DNA from: Laetmonice hystrix
Taxonomy: Eukaryota
Assembly: GCA_965235115.1 (NCBI GenBank)
Contig: OZ249437.1
Coordinates: 48,856,001 to 48,920,000, forward strand
Direction of reading: 5' to 3'
DNA length: 64,000 bases
Position 1 is the stretch's first letter. Every line of letters begins with the position of its first letter. Position numbers and translations under genes: made by a program. Positions 22,229-34,173 of the stretch are shown here, piece after piece. The notes beneath the pieces were generated by a model. It searched no databases. It saw only the letters and a list, made by a program, of their open reading frames with translations, and was not told the DNA's origin.

Positions 22229-25200
22229 CCCGTCGTCACTTCGACTGGACCACCTACAAACACAGTCAAGTGTGTACTCTCACTTTATTTTTTTCCTTGG
22301 TATCTCTTATTGAAAAAGAAGAGTCTACAGTACAGATCAGTACAGTATCATTTCTATGCAGGTCAAAAAATATGAGGCTTAAAAATGATTTGGTGCATGC
22401 TTCATCCAATGTTACATTGACGTTGTACTGGTGGCTAAAGAACTGATTTGATATACCTTTCCAACCAATTTACCCTTTGCTAAAAATTAGTTGGCCAAGG
22501 AAAATGAGGCAATATTGGGGGATGCCTATTTTTACCATCTAAGGTAGTAATGGATTACTGTTGGTAAAAGTAATATTACCCCGGCAGCTCAGAGTGCTCA
22601 GTTCATAAAAAGGTAATCCTCCACCATGGCAAATGTCTTGGGGTATAACTAGGCTTTTCTTGAGCACTGTTCCTTGGGGACACAGACATTCTAGAGAGTA
22701 AAAGTGTTTTCTTATTAACTCATTGACAGCGAAATGTTTATTTTTCATACCGGTACTCGAGCCTTACTGTGCTTCAAGTTGCCTCAGGGCATAAATCTTT
22801 ATATAATGTGCACTGGTGGAACTGTCCTACATTCCCTGTCTGACCCTGAATTACAGGTCCAGTGCAAAATCTAACATTAGGGTGGGAGTGTGGTGGGGGT
22901 GGGGGATGTCACACAAAGAAACCATGCCATGATTTCACGTTTCAAAAAATACCCAAGTAGAAGCTCTCAACAAGAATAGTGTTCTTTTCCTCAACTGTAT
23001 GAGGTACTTCTTCACTCTTCTTCTTTTTCAATGCTATGTAGGCCTACTCCGAGTTGACAATAAAAGTTTTTATGACGGATGATGATCCACAATCTTGAGT
23101 AGAATTTATTGAAGCCTGACATCAGTCCTGTCCTTGGGTTGGAAGATTTTCATGGTCACCCGCTGGTGTGTGACAGAATGAACAACACTCGTAAACTACT
23201 GAGCTTGTTGTCATGCACTGTGGCGTAGGTGATATACAAATTCCCCACGCTCGACCCACCCGATCCTATTGCCTGCCTTTTAGTTTTAGTTTTAATGGAA
23301 CAACTCCGCTAACAGCCCCTGATAAGGGCTGGCGACCTCACTGTGAGGAATGTGGCCTATCTGAAGGCAAACACTGTCAAGTGTGGGACCTTGCTATGTA
23401 TAATGTATGGGGGCTATATGATGTAGCTTGGTTAATGTCGGCCTGTGCACTTCACGGTCAACTTCTGTTCCCGGCCAACCATACACCCTGTGATCCAATG
23501 TAAAGAGGTTTTTCAACCGTCAGAGACCTTTGGCTGGGAGGCTCCGCAATAGTTGCTGGTGGGAGGGGGCACTTCAAGCCTGAAATCAACTGTAACTGTG
23601 CCATAAAACACTGAGTATGCGCAGGCAGCAGTTCAGCACGACTTGCCTGGACTAGATTGATATATCTGCCACCAGCTATAGTTTCATGTTGGTATCTGTG
23701 GTATTTATTACCTAAATAATTAAAGGTTTAGTGTGAGGGATATCTGTCAGTCAACTAAACTTGGCATATCACTGCTTAGCACAGACTTGCACAGCTAAAT
23801 TATCTAAAAACTACTACATTTTGCTTCGGCATTTTGCATTTGCCAGTCAGGCTCTTGTGCTTTCTACCCTCAGTTCCTTACCTCCAACTTATTAATATCA
23901 GGGCTTCAAACAATCAACCATGCAATATCCACTAAATACACACTACCTACTAGCAATATCGGTGAATATATGCCAAACATTACTTAATTTTTCCCAATTT
24001 AGCAGGCAGCTACATTATAATTATATGAGCAAGACTGCCGCATGGTGCAGTCTAACTTGATAACCACACAATAACAATAAAACATGTCAAAAATGACAAA
24101 GATCTATAGCTCATTTCAAACGGGAAAACAAACATGTCCAAATCCTTGAGCAGTACAGCCCAGTGGCACAACTCAGACAACATTAGCATGTACTGTGTGT
24201 GTGGCCTAGTGCCCCTAGACCACCACCTAAATACCAACACTGCCCCAACACTGACCTGACCAATAATATCGCACTTGTTTTAGACTGGCACAGATACCCA
24301 TCAACTGGATTCAGTCCTGCCATAGCAGATGTCTGGGTTTTTGTAATTACTTATTGCAAAGGCAAGATTAGTCAAAAACTGTCATCAAAATGAGTCTGCC
24401 TGACTTTTCTCTATCTTGGGGAAGGTGTGAACTTTCCTTATTGTTCATCACTAATGTCTAAATTCTAGCCATCAGATCCAGCCCTGTCATCAAACATATT
24501 CACGTGACTCATTACAGATGTGGTACAGAAGCCTAGCCTACCCACCTCGTCTCTTTTCAACGACAACATGGATCCATCCCAGAGTCACCATAAGATCTGA
24601 ATAATATGGAGTGAACCTGCTATCTGATGTATGTACAGCTGTATAGAAATTATAAAAGAAAATCCGCAAGAGAAGGCAACAGGGCTTTCCAACTCAGTGT
24701 GAATGTATAATACAAAATGTACTTGGTTGGACTGATCAATGTTCACCACTTACACCGTTGGCATCCAGGCCCTTGTATTATGGCTATGACATTTGAGTGC
24801 TCAGGTCTATTTAAAAGTTTTGCCCTGGTGTGTTTACTTTAAACAACTATGTATGTGCAAATAAATTTGAGAACTCTGATGTAACATTCTCATCTAGCTC
24901 GATCACGGGAAATTCTATCTCAGTTATGTAGAGAAGAAGAAACTCAACGTGTACATTTTATGAATATTATCTAATCAACATAATTCAAGAGGCTCTGACT
25001 CACATCTGTGGTTTTCCAGAGCCAGCTGAGTCATTTTTTGAGTAACAAAACAGCATTTGCCCCGAGTTATCTCATTAATGCAAAATTATATCTTTGAGTT
25101 ATTTACTCCTTCATGTAGAGTTTTACCATTTCAATCTCATATTCGTAATATGTAAATGTTCACCATACAATCTGAAAATCCCCATATGATTCTTTAAGCA

Positions 25201-26588
25201 AGCCTGTTTCACTTTCCTTGGTTATTACCACAACCATCGTGACTAGTGACACAACTATTTCTCTACATTCTTCCCTCCAACTTGTGACAGCGGCCCCGAG
25301 GGTGTGTCACTGTGTAGCGAAGCTTGCCAACTTACAACATTGTTCTCTGCCAAACTCTTCAAAATTGTTCATCCAGAAGTCGCATGTCTGTCACCCTTAA
25401 ATCTCATTTTGTTATAGTATTATACTATTTTATTCTATCCTTTTAAAGTTAAGCGACAACTACCATTGATAACCATTTCAAAAGGTGTGATTCTTTTTTT
25501 TGCATCCGGTATTGTCTTGGACGGTGGCTACTGACTGTTACCGTGTCCAACTCTCTCCCTAACCAGCACCACGAGTGTACAACCATATTCATGAAACCAT
25601 CACAGGCTGTTGGCAGGGTCTATGTCTACACTTTGGCTGGCTCTATTTCTGTCCCTCTCCACTCCTCCTGCCGGCTTCCCTATCACATTACTCTGCCATC
25701 ATGGGGTTGGAGCATCCCCTGCTGCTGCTGCTGCCGCTGCCGCCTCAGCCACAACTTCCCTAGCCGCACTATATTACAATAGAGCGCTGAGATACGACTA
25801 CGCCTTCTTTTCCTATATATGCTAACATAAACTACCGATATGAAGAACGGCCGAGTCAGCGACAGTATACTGTAGCAGTAAACTATTACCGCTGTGTGGG
25901 ATGCCATGTCCAGCCACCTAGCTTGGACTGACCAGTGGAGCCTAGATGCCACAAGATCTAGCCAAACTGGCCGTCCTCCAACCTCTGAATCAACCAGTTC
26001 CCCTGTACATGGCGATAACCACCAACAGACACCACACCCTCATGTTCCTGACCCAGATGTCAATCCAGAAGTCCCGGCAGAAATTATCATGATCCAAACC
26101 AGGGCACCCAGTCCAGCTTACATTTTAGTTCTTGAACTTTCAATCGACCTTCACTTCATCCTTCATTATGTGACCACTCCTCAATTAAATGATTTAATCT
26201 CCTCAACGTAATGATGCACAGAACAGTAATCAAATATCAGATGGTGCTATAAATGTAGCTTCTTTCCTAAACAGGCTTGTGATGCGATTTTCCTGTCCTC
26301 ATTTTAAACCAAACCTTTCCTGTTTGCATCTACCCAACCTACAGGATATCTGATCTACATTTTTTTTTGTTTCAATGATGCATATATACCATGGAATGGC
26401 TAACTAGAGGTACACAGGGGCCAGCATGACAGCATATAATTCAACGCGTGCACTATCTCAACCCTCACCGGTTTGGATAAAGATATCTGCTCTGCAAAGA
26501 AGCTGGCAAGGCACCCCAACCTGACCCATCTCTAGTTTCCTAAGTTTAAAATAGAAAATTTATACTGCTGAACTTCTGGTACAATTTT

Positions 26589-26630
26589 AACGGTGGCCAT
26601 ATCTTAGTGAACGGTGGCCATATCTTAGTG
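26589..26630. repeat. Perfect 21-bp tandem duplication
   Basis: AACGGTGGCCATATCTTAGTG x2 (26589-26609, 26610-26630). Confidence 0.95.
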
Positions 26631-26799
26631 AATCCAGTGTCATGACTTTGTGCATTCATAATTTTCAGTTCCACCCTAAGCTTCTGAATTATACATCATT
26701 AAACTTTCTAACTTCAGTTCTAACTCTACCGTGACTACAGCGTATAAACTGCCTAGACTTTATCAGAAGCGACATATCTAGGTTAATGAATATTAGTAG

Positions 26800-27052
26800 C
26801 AGGGCTGTATAGCTGGGGGAGGGGGTGCAGCTCCCCTGTGAACCCCCGGAAAAGTGTCATATTGGCCTATTATTGTTTTCAGAGGCCAGGAAAACGCATT
26901 TTTGGCACTGTAATTTTCAATTTTATTTTTTTTTTTGGGGGGGGGGGGGGGGCTCCAGGAGAGGGCACCCCCTTTCCCAAATTTCTGGATCCGTAACTGC
27001 CTCCTCCCCCCCCCCCCACACACACACTCAGAAATTTCTAGCTACGGCCCAG
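26800..27052. mobile_element. CAGGG-ended (hAT-like) MITE with 5-bp TSD
   Basis: Imperfect TIRs CAGGGCTGTA (26800) and TACGGCCCAG (ends 27052). AGTAG on both flanks (26795-26799, 27053-27057). Internal G/C homopolymers and an inverted GCAGTTACGGATCCAG end from a related MITE. Confidence 0.6.
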
Positions 27053-28759
27053 AGTAGGCTAACATGTATGAACTAGTTCACACTTTACCTTGGGCATATG
27101 TCCCAACCTGACCCAAGATATCATCTGCTATATATATGGTGCCCTCTAGGTCTATGAATTGTTCTCTACATAATTTGAAATAGATACTTTAATGGGGGGG
27201 GGGGGTTCAAGTACTATAGGAACACAATAAATCTGAAGTTACTGTTAAGACTGTTATATTAGTATAACAAATTAGGCAACCTTAAGTTAATACATTTCTG
27301 TGCGACTTTTCATTCATAAGTTTATCGCGCCAGTGCCTCAAGTGGGTCAGGCAGCATAAGGGCCAACACCCTAAGTGCTACCTTTGCCAGTGTGGGTCTG
27401 TGCATGAGGTCAACCCAGGTGAGGTCATCCCACTCCAGTTTCCGGGGACTGGGTCAGAGGTAGAACCTTCCTTATGGGTGGGCCAGGATTTTGAAGGTTG
27501 GCCGTGACAGCCGCTAGTATGATCTTTATAATACCATGATGCCAGGATTTGAACCAAAAAGTAGTTATACCCAATACCTGGGCAGCTATATTGAATATAG
27601 TATATTCTTTTTCATCATGGCTCCCATTATGCGCTAGATTTTACAACCTTGAGAGCTGACTGATTAAAAGGAGGTTTAAATGTACTGGTATTATTGGCGA
27701 ATTGACTGCAAAAAAAGGTGTATGAAACCTTTACTATGACGCTGTGTCTTATAAATGTATGCGTAAATGTTCCAATGAAGAGGCTGTGCATTAACTGTCA
27801 GAAAGTTTGACCCCACCTGTAAAACTAATTAGTAACCAAATCAAACAGCACAAATTCCAGTACCATGTGCATAGTGGATCCTCTCTGTAGATGTACAACT
27901 TACTACCACAATCCATTAGACTGGTCAGATCTTTTACAATTACAGCTTCTTTCCCTGTCAGCTACTGCATAAAATCTTGTATTGCAAATTTGAGGACTGA
28001 AAACAAAAAAAAACAAAGAACCTAACAGCCCCCAAATGGGCAGGGACTAATTATCTGTGGGTCCAGAAACTACACATGAATCACAAAGAAACTTCATCCA
28101 TCACTTGTTTAAGTGTCTTGAAGTGTTTTGGGGCTGAATCATCGAAAATGTCTGACCTTGATTGACCTCACAAGGTCCCTAGAAATTGGGAGTGTTTTGT
28201 TCGAGTTATTGCTTGAAATGTGTTCACATCAAAGATGACTGCCAAGTGGCCATTTTGAACGATATCAAAAAATCCTATGAAAAGGATTGAACTGTGCATT
28301 TTTGAGATATCGCTGTACATATACGTACGTGTACGTACACTCCCACACAAAGAGACACAGAACCAGTGTGTAACGTTAATCTTAGTCTGCTGTTTTCCCA
28401 GTTTGCTGACTGCTTCAAACATAACATATGGATCCGAGAAGTCATTCTGGTCTCTCACCGTCTCTGAGTCATCAGACATTGTAATGACCAATCTCACACT
28501 TCTTTAAATAGAAATCATAAATTCCTGTCAACCATAGGCAACAAACTTGGCTGAACTTCTCAAATGAAGATGTCCTTGCAAGGTGAAAGCAATTTCTATT
28601 CAACCATGCACTGGAGGAATTCAGCTTTTTTAAACATCAATTTCAATTTTCTGAGCGTTTTTTCAAAACACTTTTTTTTTCAGAATGATGAACCATACCA
28701 TTGCCAATGCCAAAAGGACAGGACGGTCCAATGTCAGTTTAGTGTCAGACCCTACTCAC

Positions 28760-29210
28760 TTCATTCTGCCTTAACTTCAAATGTCCTACGAATCTCCAGG
28801 TCTCCAAGTAGTCCTTGTGCGAGGATACCTGAGGGGTGTTGTTCTGACCTACTCTTACACTGGGTGATGAGACGCAGTTCCAAAAAGTAGTTGGCAAAGA
28901 AGGCGGCACGTCCTTTGACGGGATCTTATATATGCAACTTCAGTCCCAAAACACCTCCAGTGGCGAAAATATACTTTGGTTGTCGCTCCGAAATATAAAT
29001 GGTTGTCTCTCTGAGATACTCTTAGAGTTGTTGGGTTCCACTGTTGACTGAGAGTGTTCAGAACCGGGATGGCTGACCAGCAGTTATGATCAGAGAAGAG
29101 GGGCAGCCTGCACCCCACAGCTTCAGGGCACTTAGTGGGGGGAGCAGGGCATGCCAACCTGACGTCAGGATACCTCAGCACTTCCAGCAGCAGCGATACC
29201 CGCCCCTGCC
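28760..29210 (-). promoter_or_regulatory. Candidate proximal (TATA-containing) promoter and first exon of tropomodulin
   Basis: On the minus strand: GC box (29199-29206), perfect CRE TGACGTCA (29160-29167), TATATAA (28932-28926), then about 140 nt ending in ATGAA|GTGAGT (donor after 28760). Splicing to the acceptor at 22253 puts this ATG in frame with the Tmod CDS. Confidence 0.55.
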
Positions 29211-32200
29211 CATTCTGTATAGGGTTCTCCCCTCTGGACAGGTGGGATCAACCATTTAAGAAAGATTTCTCCGTCTTTCTCTTGTACCCCACTCTCATGC
29301 ACTCCATTATTTCAGTAGTCGCCTTGGCAATTCTAGTTGCCTTCAGTTTTGAGTCAAGGATTTACCTGTCAAAGAAACAGGAATCCCAAGCACCAAACTT
29401 GCACACCGCTTATCAAAGGGTGGAGCCCTAGGTATATCTGCAGGCCGCCTGGATGGGGCCTACACACTGTCATCCAGTGCTGCACTCGCAAGTTAGAAAG
29501 TTAGTGTACTGGAGCACTGGAGTTATACTGGGTGCATGGCTGGGATGGGGGTTGAGAACTCTCAGGGAGCATAAACTCGTACCCACAGATGACCCTTAAC
29601 CCCTACAGCTGTAATCCTCTAGTCTATGAAAACGCCCACCTGTGTTGCCTGCTGATCAAGCATCACAGATTTCTTTGATAAAAGGGAAACTACTGAGAAC
29701 TTGGCCTTGCTTTCCAGCTCATTATGAATCACTCTGATATTCCTGGTAAAGTAAACAAAATGTCCAGCTGATTTCAGAGTAAATACGATGTTCAAATGGT
29801 GCATGTCAGCAGATTTTGGTATGTGTATTTTGGCAAATTGCACCTCTGACGTTCTCTGTCATATGAAATGAACATGGACTTGAGAATCGCTCAAAGCCAA
29901 GGGTGCATCTAACTTCTAAAGGGTGTAAGTGTAACCAAGTGTATAATAACACAATGTCTAACTTCCACAATAACTGAATATGAATGGAGAGAGTCCTTAT
30001 GTGCCTAAGGTTCAAGGCAAGTTATGCTCTCACCTTGAGTAAAAACAATGTCATCCCAATTCAAGCAAGGAACATTCAAGAAAAAGGAGAACTACTTAGT
30101 AGACTGAAAAGATTTCCAACATGTTACTGGGGTCTGTACTGATGGCTCATGGCTTCAATTTTTCTTACACAATGCCCCCTTCTAAGAAGCAGGAAATGCT
30201 ACCCATTACAAATGACTATCCATCGTAAAACCACTGGAGTTGAACAACACATAACACTACCAGGGGTTGGGGGGGGGGGGGAAGACACACTACCTTGCCT
30301 TCCTCCTGGCACCAGAGGGCACCAAGCTGATTGTGCATCTCCACAATCTAGGGTTGAGGAGCCTGGAGGCTCCATGAGCCCAGTTGTAATAAAACCTCAG
30401 TTGAGACCCTTACAGTTAGTAAATTACACACGGTTACCTCCCCTACCCACCAAATCTTTAGGTTTACCCAAAGGTGACTCTTTATTAACTTTTCTCAGTG
30501 ACAGTATACTCTGAACATGAATTGGGGCATGACCACTACACCTGCCTTGTCACTGATCATGGCCGCGTCCCCTCCCTCCCACTTTCCTTGAGACCCTCTC
30601 ATGTTTCTATTGTGATGCACTGACAGACTATAACTGCTTGGTAGTCTTCATGGATGAAGGATCTGAATAACAGGAGTAAGCACATCCGCTTATGTACAGC
30701 CCTGCCCAACTGGCATACAAAACTATACACTTTTCACACATCAGCTAACAAAGTTAGATCTGAATTTGAACTACATAATTGGGAAACAAATTAAAAAAAA
30801 AGGAAGTAAGAAATACATTCATTAACCAAAGTTCTGAATAAATACCCAAATTCTAGTTTCTGCTTATACACTAATATCAGTATTTGAAACATGTATGCCA
30901 GATACAGCGCTGGAATTTAACACATGCCCGGATGCCATTTGAGCCTAATTTTCATTCCAGGCGCCTTAAAATGCCTCAGTCATATGCCCTGGTAGTTTGT
31001 AGAAAATTCTGGTCAAAATTTCAATGTACAGCTCTTTTTCTAAAGTTGCTGGCCTGTAACGTGGATCAAAATTTCAGATGGACTCCATCTTGGGAGGGCT
31101 ACTGAAGGCAGTTGAAACAAGTGCCATGATTCTGAACTCTAGATACAAGCTGTGATTATTTATTATTAAAAGACATCCTTTCCACATGTTTTTTGATGTT
31201 GTTAATAATATGATATTTTTGGGGGGTTATTTTCAGATTTGGTTGTCAGGCTAGTAAGCCGCTAGTTTCTATACATGTCAGACTGGTAACTTTTTCAAGG
31301 TAAGCCTGACTGGTTTGCTGGTAACAAAGCTGAATTTCGCTGTCTGATAACTCTAAGCTTGAAAAAAACATGATTTTTATTTTTCCTAAACATGACATGA
31401 ACCTCTCCTTTAGAGATTCTGTCAACATTTCAGCTGCACAAGCTACTAGTACGGAAGGAACATGAACTCTAAATGTTAAATTATCAGCATTTGAGATTTT
31501 ATTTCAAATCTCAGACTGTCCAGATTTAAGTCCCCTACAACATAATACATGTACTCTAAATAGTAAACCATCGGCAACAGTACTGGCTGCCTATGTGATA
31601 GTTCATTTTATTTCACTTTTTTTAATCAATGAAGGCATAGGTCAACACACTCAATTTACTTTGTGTCCTTTCTCCCCATGCCAAGCCTGCATTGTAATTG
31701 GACAAAGGCATTTGTGATTTGCACCAACATGATATGATAACTGCTTCTAAACTGGGTTAAACGAGCACAAATTACAGCTGGGTTGATCAAAACAAAGTTA
31801 ATTGTGCTGTGAGTTTGAGAGAGCAGCAAAAACAATCACAAAATACCCACTCCATACTTTCTCTGGCATCCAGTGATACAGCTTGCCTAGGTTTCTATCC
31901 AGGACTCTACCCAAAATTTTGCGCCTATTTCTTTTGTTTTTTTTTGGTAAGGGGTTCCATATTATCTGTAATCACGTTATCAGAGGACTATACATGTGAT
32001 AAAATATTTGCAAAAACCTATTTGCAGCTTCAATCTAGCAAGGTTTAGACAAGGTTAATTACAAGGCAGATGCATACATGTGTTTCTCATGGTCAACTGA
32101 GTAAGTCTAATGTAGGCCTAACAGGAAAAATCTTTTCTTTCTATTCCATATTTCAACACAAGGAATAAAGACCACTTAGACCAGGGTGTGAAATTAGGGG

Positions 32201-32669
32201 GGGGGGGGGTGCCATGTAGTGGGAGCTTCGAATTGAAGGCTGTTTTTGCCTACCAACCAATAGCAGTATAATATCATGGGTATCAAAGCTACCCAAGGGG
32301 ATTACAAAAGGACGGGGGGGGGGGAGGCCTTTGTCCAGAAAATGTTTGCCAATTTAAAGAGGGGGGGTCATAATAATTTTAAGTTGTTTCCATTAAATAT
32401 CATTGAAATAGAATAGTTTCGAGCCCAATTCCTGAATATAAGTGCCGGTGTACAAAGAAAACATATTTTATAGGGACACTCTAAGTGGCATTCCTCACCC
32501 CTTTCCCAAACGGCCCGATCTAGGTCCATCAACACTGCATATCATTATATGAGTCACAAACTTGTAATGGGATGACCCAGATCAACCCAAGCCATGCCAC
32601 GCGCTATCAGCAACTATGATAGCGCAGTGAAGACACCGGCTTACATGCCCACAAGATTGTCAAGAGAAA

Positions 32670-32835
32670 ATGGTGAAGCTAGTTGTCTGAAGTATTGTAG
32701 CCAGTCATGTCCAGATGGGGTGTCTCTTTTCTCTATACCAAAAGAGGAAACCCTGAAGAGAAAGTGGATGAACTTATAACAGCTCAAGAAGGGGTGGTTC
32801 TAGGCTATGTGTGTAGCACTTGACCACTTCGGAGA
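32670..32835 (+). pseudogene. Degenerate THAP zinc-finger fragment (5' stub of a transposase)
   Basis: After a frameshift from ATG GTG AAG it reads ..CLKYCSQSCPDGVSLFSIPKEETLKRKWMNL*...DHF. This resembles the THAP consensus C..GVSLxxFPK..R..W...HF. It has in-frame stops. Confidence 0.65.
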
Positions 32836-32848
32836 TGCCCATCTCTGT

Positions 32849-32991
32849 GGCTCATACATCCACCCCAAAACCTCTTGTTCTGCTCCAACATCCTCCTCCT
32901 CATCTATCCCACTTCCAGAATCGTAGAAATTTTCCATCTCATAACTGGATTCATCATTAGAAAAGGAGTTATCTGAATCTGAAGATGCCAT
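32849..32991 (-). pseudogene. Truncated 5' stub of the element's second ORF (acidic leader ending in WMYEP)
   Basis: MASSDSDNSFSNDESSYEMENFYDSGSGIDEEEDVGAEQEVLGWMYEP, ending where the THAP stub ends. An acidic leader + (P)YxFEP-like motif is what I recall for Kolobok accessory (KolX/P2X7-C-terminal-like) ORFs; this is not verified by search. Confidence 0.45.
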
Positions 32992-33507
32992 GACCCTATA
33001 TCTTATTGCTGCTCCAGGCTCTGTTTACAATTTTGTGACGTCACCCACCACAGTGGAGCACTCAGTGGTGCCGAACAGAGCGTTTTCAGCACGGGGATGA
33101 TGTTACCAACTCCCGTCACTCACAGCGGGGTTGGTAAGGGTGTGTATGTTGGGGGATCCGTAGAAGATGTTTTTTGTGAAATATATTCCAACTTACAAGT
33201 AAAGTGGCATGATTATGACCCCCCCTCTTTAAGGTTTTAATACTTAGGCCTAGATATTCAGTATTGCAATTTTCTTTTAATCCGAGTGATATCCAGGTGC
33301 ACTGAAAAAAAAACAGGCAAACTGAAATAAATCTGGGTGCATTGGATTAGGGACCCTTCATGCCTGACACCCAGTTTCACACCCTGAACAGAGAGGCCCT
33401 ATTTTTTTTATGGCCATTCAACTGATATCTAAAACAAATAAATCTTATCCAAGTTCTGAAATAATGAAGAAAAAAAGCATAACATGTTAGGCCTACATGT
33501 ATACAAG

Positions 33508-34168
33508 TGTCAGACTCCATGTCCCATGCGCGTCATCTCCCAGACTCCATGCCCCACTCACCCCGAGTCAGGTTGTCAAGTCAACGGGCGGCAGTCGCCC
33601 ATGTTCCCGATACGTGGCGGTCTTTAAACTGGGCAGATACATGCCAATTTGGTTGATCAATTAAATGGGGCGCCTAAGTATGTCACGAGAATTCAAGAGA
33701 TTTCGCGTTGTCGGGACAAGGAGCAGATAGCCCCGCTGGTTTAACATTGCGATGGCCATAGGGAACAGTGACAGTCAACTTTAAAATATTTTCATTCTGC
33801 AGTGAAGTTGCTGTTAATATTTCAACATTACAATACATGATAGCTGGTATGTTTACTCTGGGATAAAGTTTGTTTTATAGTTTTGAAAGTTAGATTGTGA
33901 ATATACAGGCTGGTTTTTGTAAACCTGTCGGCCCTGCCAATGCTAATCCTATGGGGAAATTTTTGACGTACGTTTGGTGCTATCGCGAGCTGTTTTGAGG
34001 CTATTTAACGTCATTTGCATATCCAGGTCACGAGACTTAGGCGCCCTATTAATACCGTCCGACTAGGCCTAATGAAATGATTGCTAAAAACTATTATTTT
34101 TTAAGGAGAAATGTCAACTGGAGAATGAAATGTAGTCTAACGTTACACTTGGGACATGGAGTCTGACA
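33508..34168. mobile_element. MITE with TGT...ACA ends containing a nested smaller MITE
   Basis: 19-bp TIRs TGTCAGACTCCATGTCCCA (33508) and TGGGACATGGAGTCTGACA (ends 34168). Inner 12-bp TIRs GGGCGCCTAAGT / ACTTAGGCGCCC at about 33668-34047. No matching TSDs found, so the superfamily is unresolved. Confidence 0.6.
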
Positions 34169-34173
34169 GAATT

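Larger units (their letters stand above)
32358..33228. mobile_element. Internally deleted Kolobok-like DNA transposon (871 bp)
   Basis: Perfect 17-bp TIRs AGAGGGGGGGTCATAAT / ATTATGACCCCCCCTCT, flanked by TTAA (32354-32357, 33229-33232). Contains a disrupted THAP-domain start on + and an acidic ORF start on -, facing each other. Confidence 0.8.
32182..33386. mobile_element. CAGGG-ended (hAT-like) non-autonomous element interrupted by the Kolobok-like insertion
   Basis: 12-bp TIRs CAGGGTGTGAAA (32182) and TTTCACACCCTG (ends 33386). No TSD recognisable, suggesting an older insertion. Confidence 0.5.

Noticed and set aside
23213-23503. 96-aa ORF with a CEECG motif
   Set aside because: No complete zinc-finger pattern or gene structure. 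It is probably decayed repeat sequence.
25543-26211. ORFs including a signal-peptide-like, poly-Ala ORF (25610-25825)
   Set aside because: There are no splice-consistent neighbours, the Ala run comes from a (GCT)n repeat, and hints of LINE endonuclease motifs are too weak to call.
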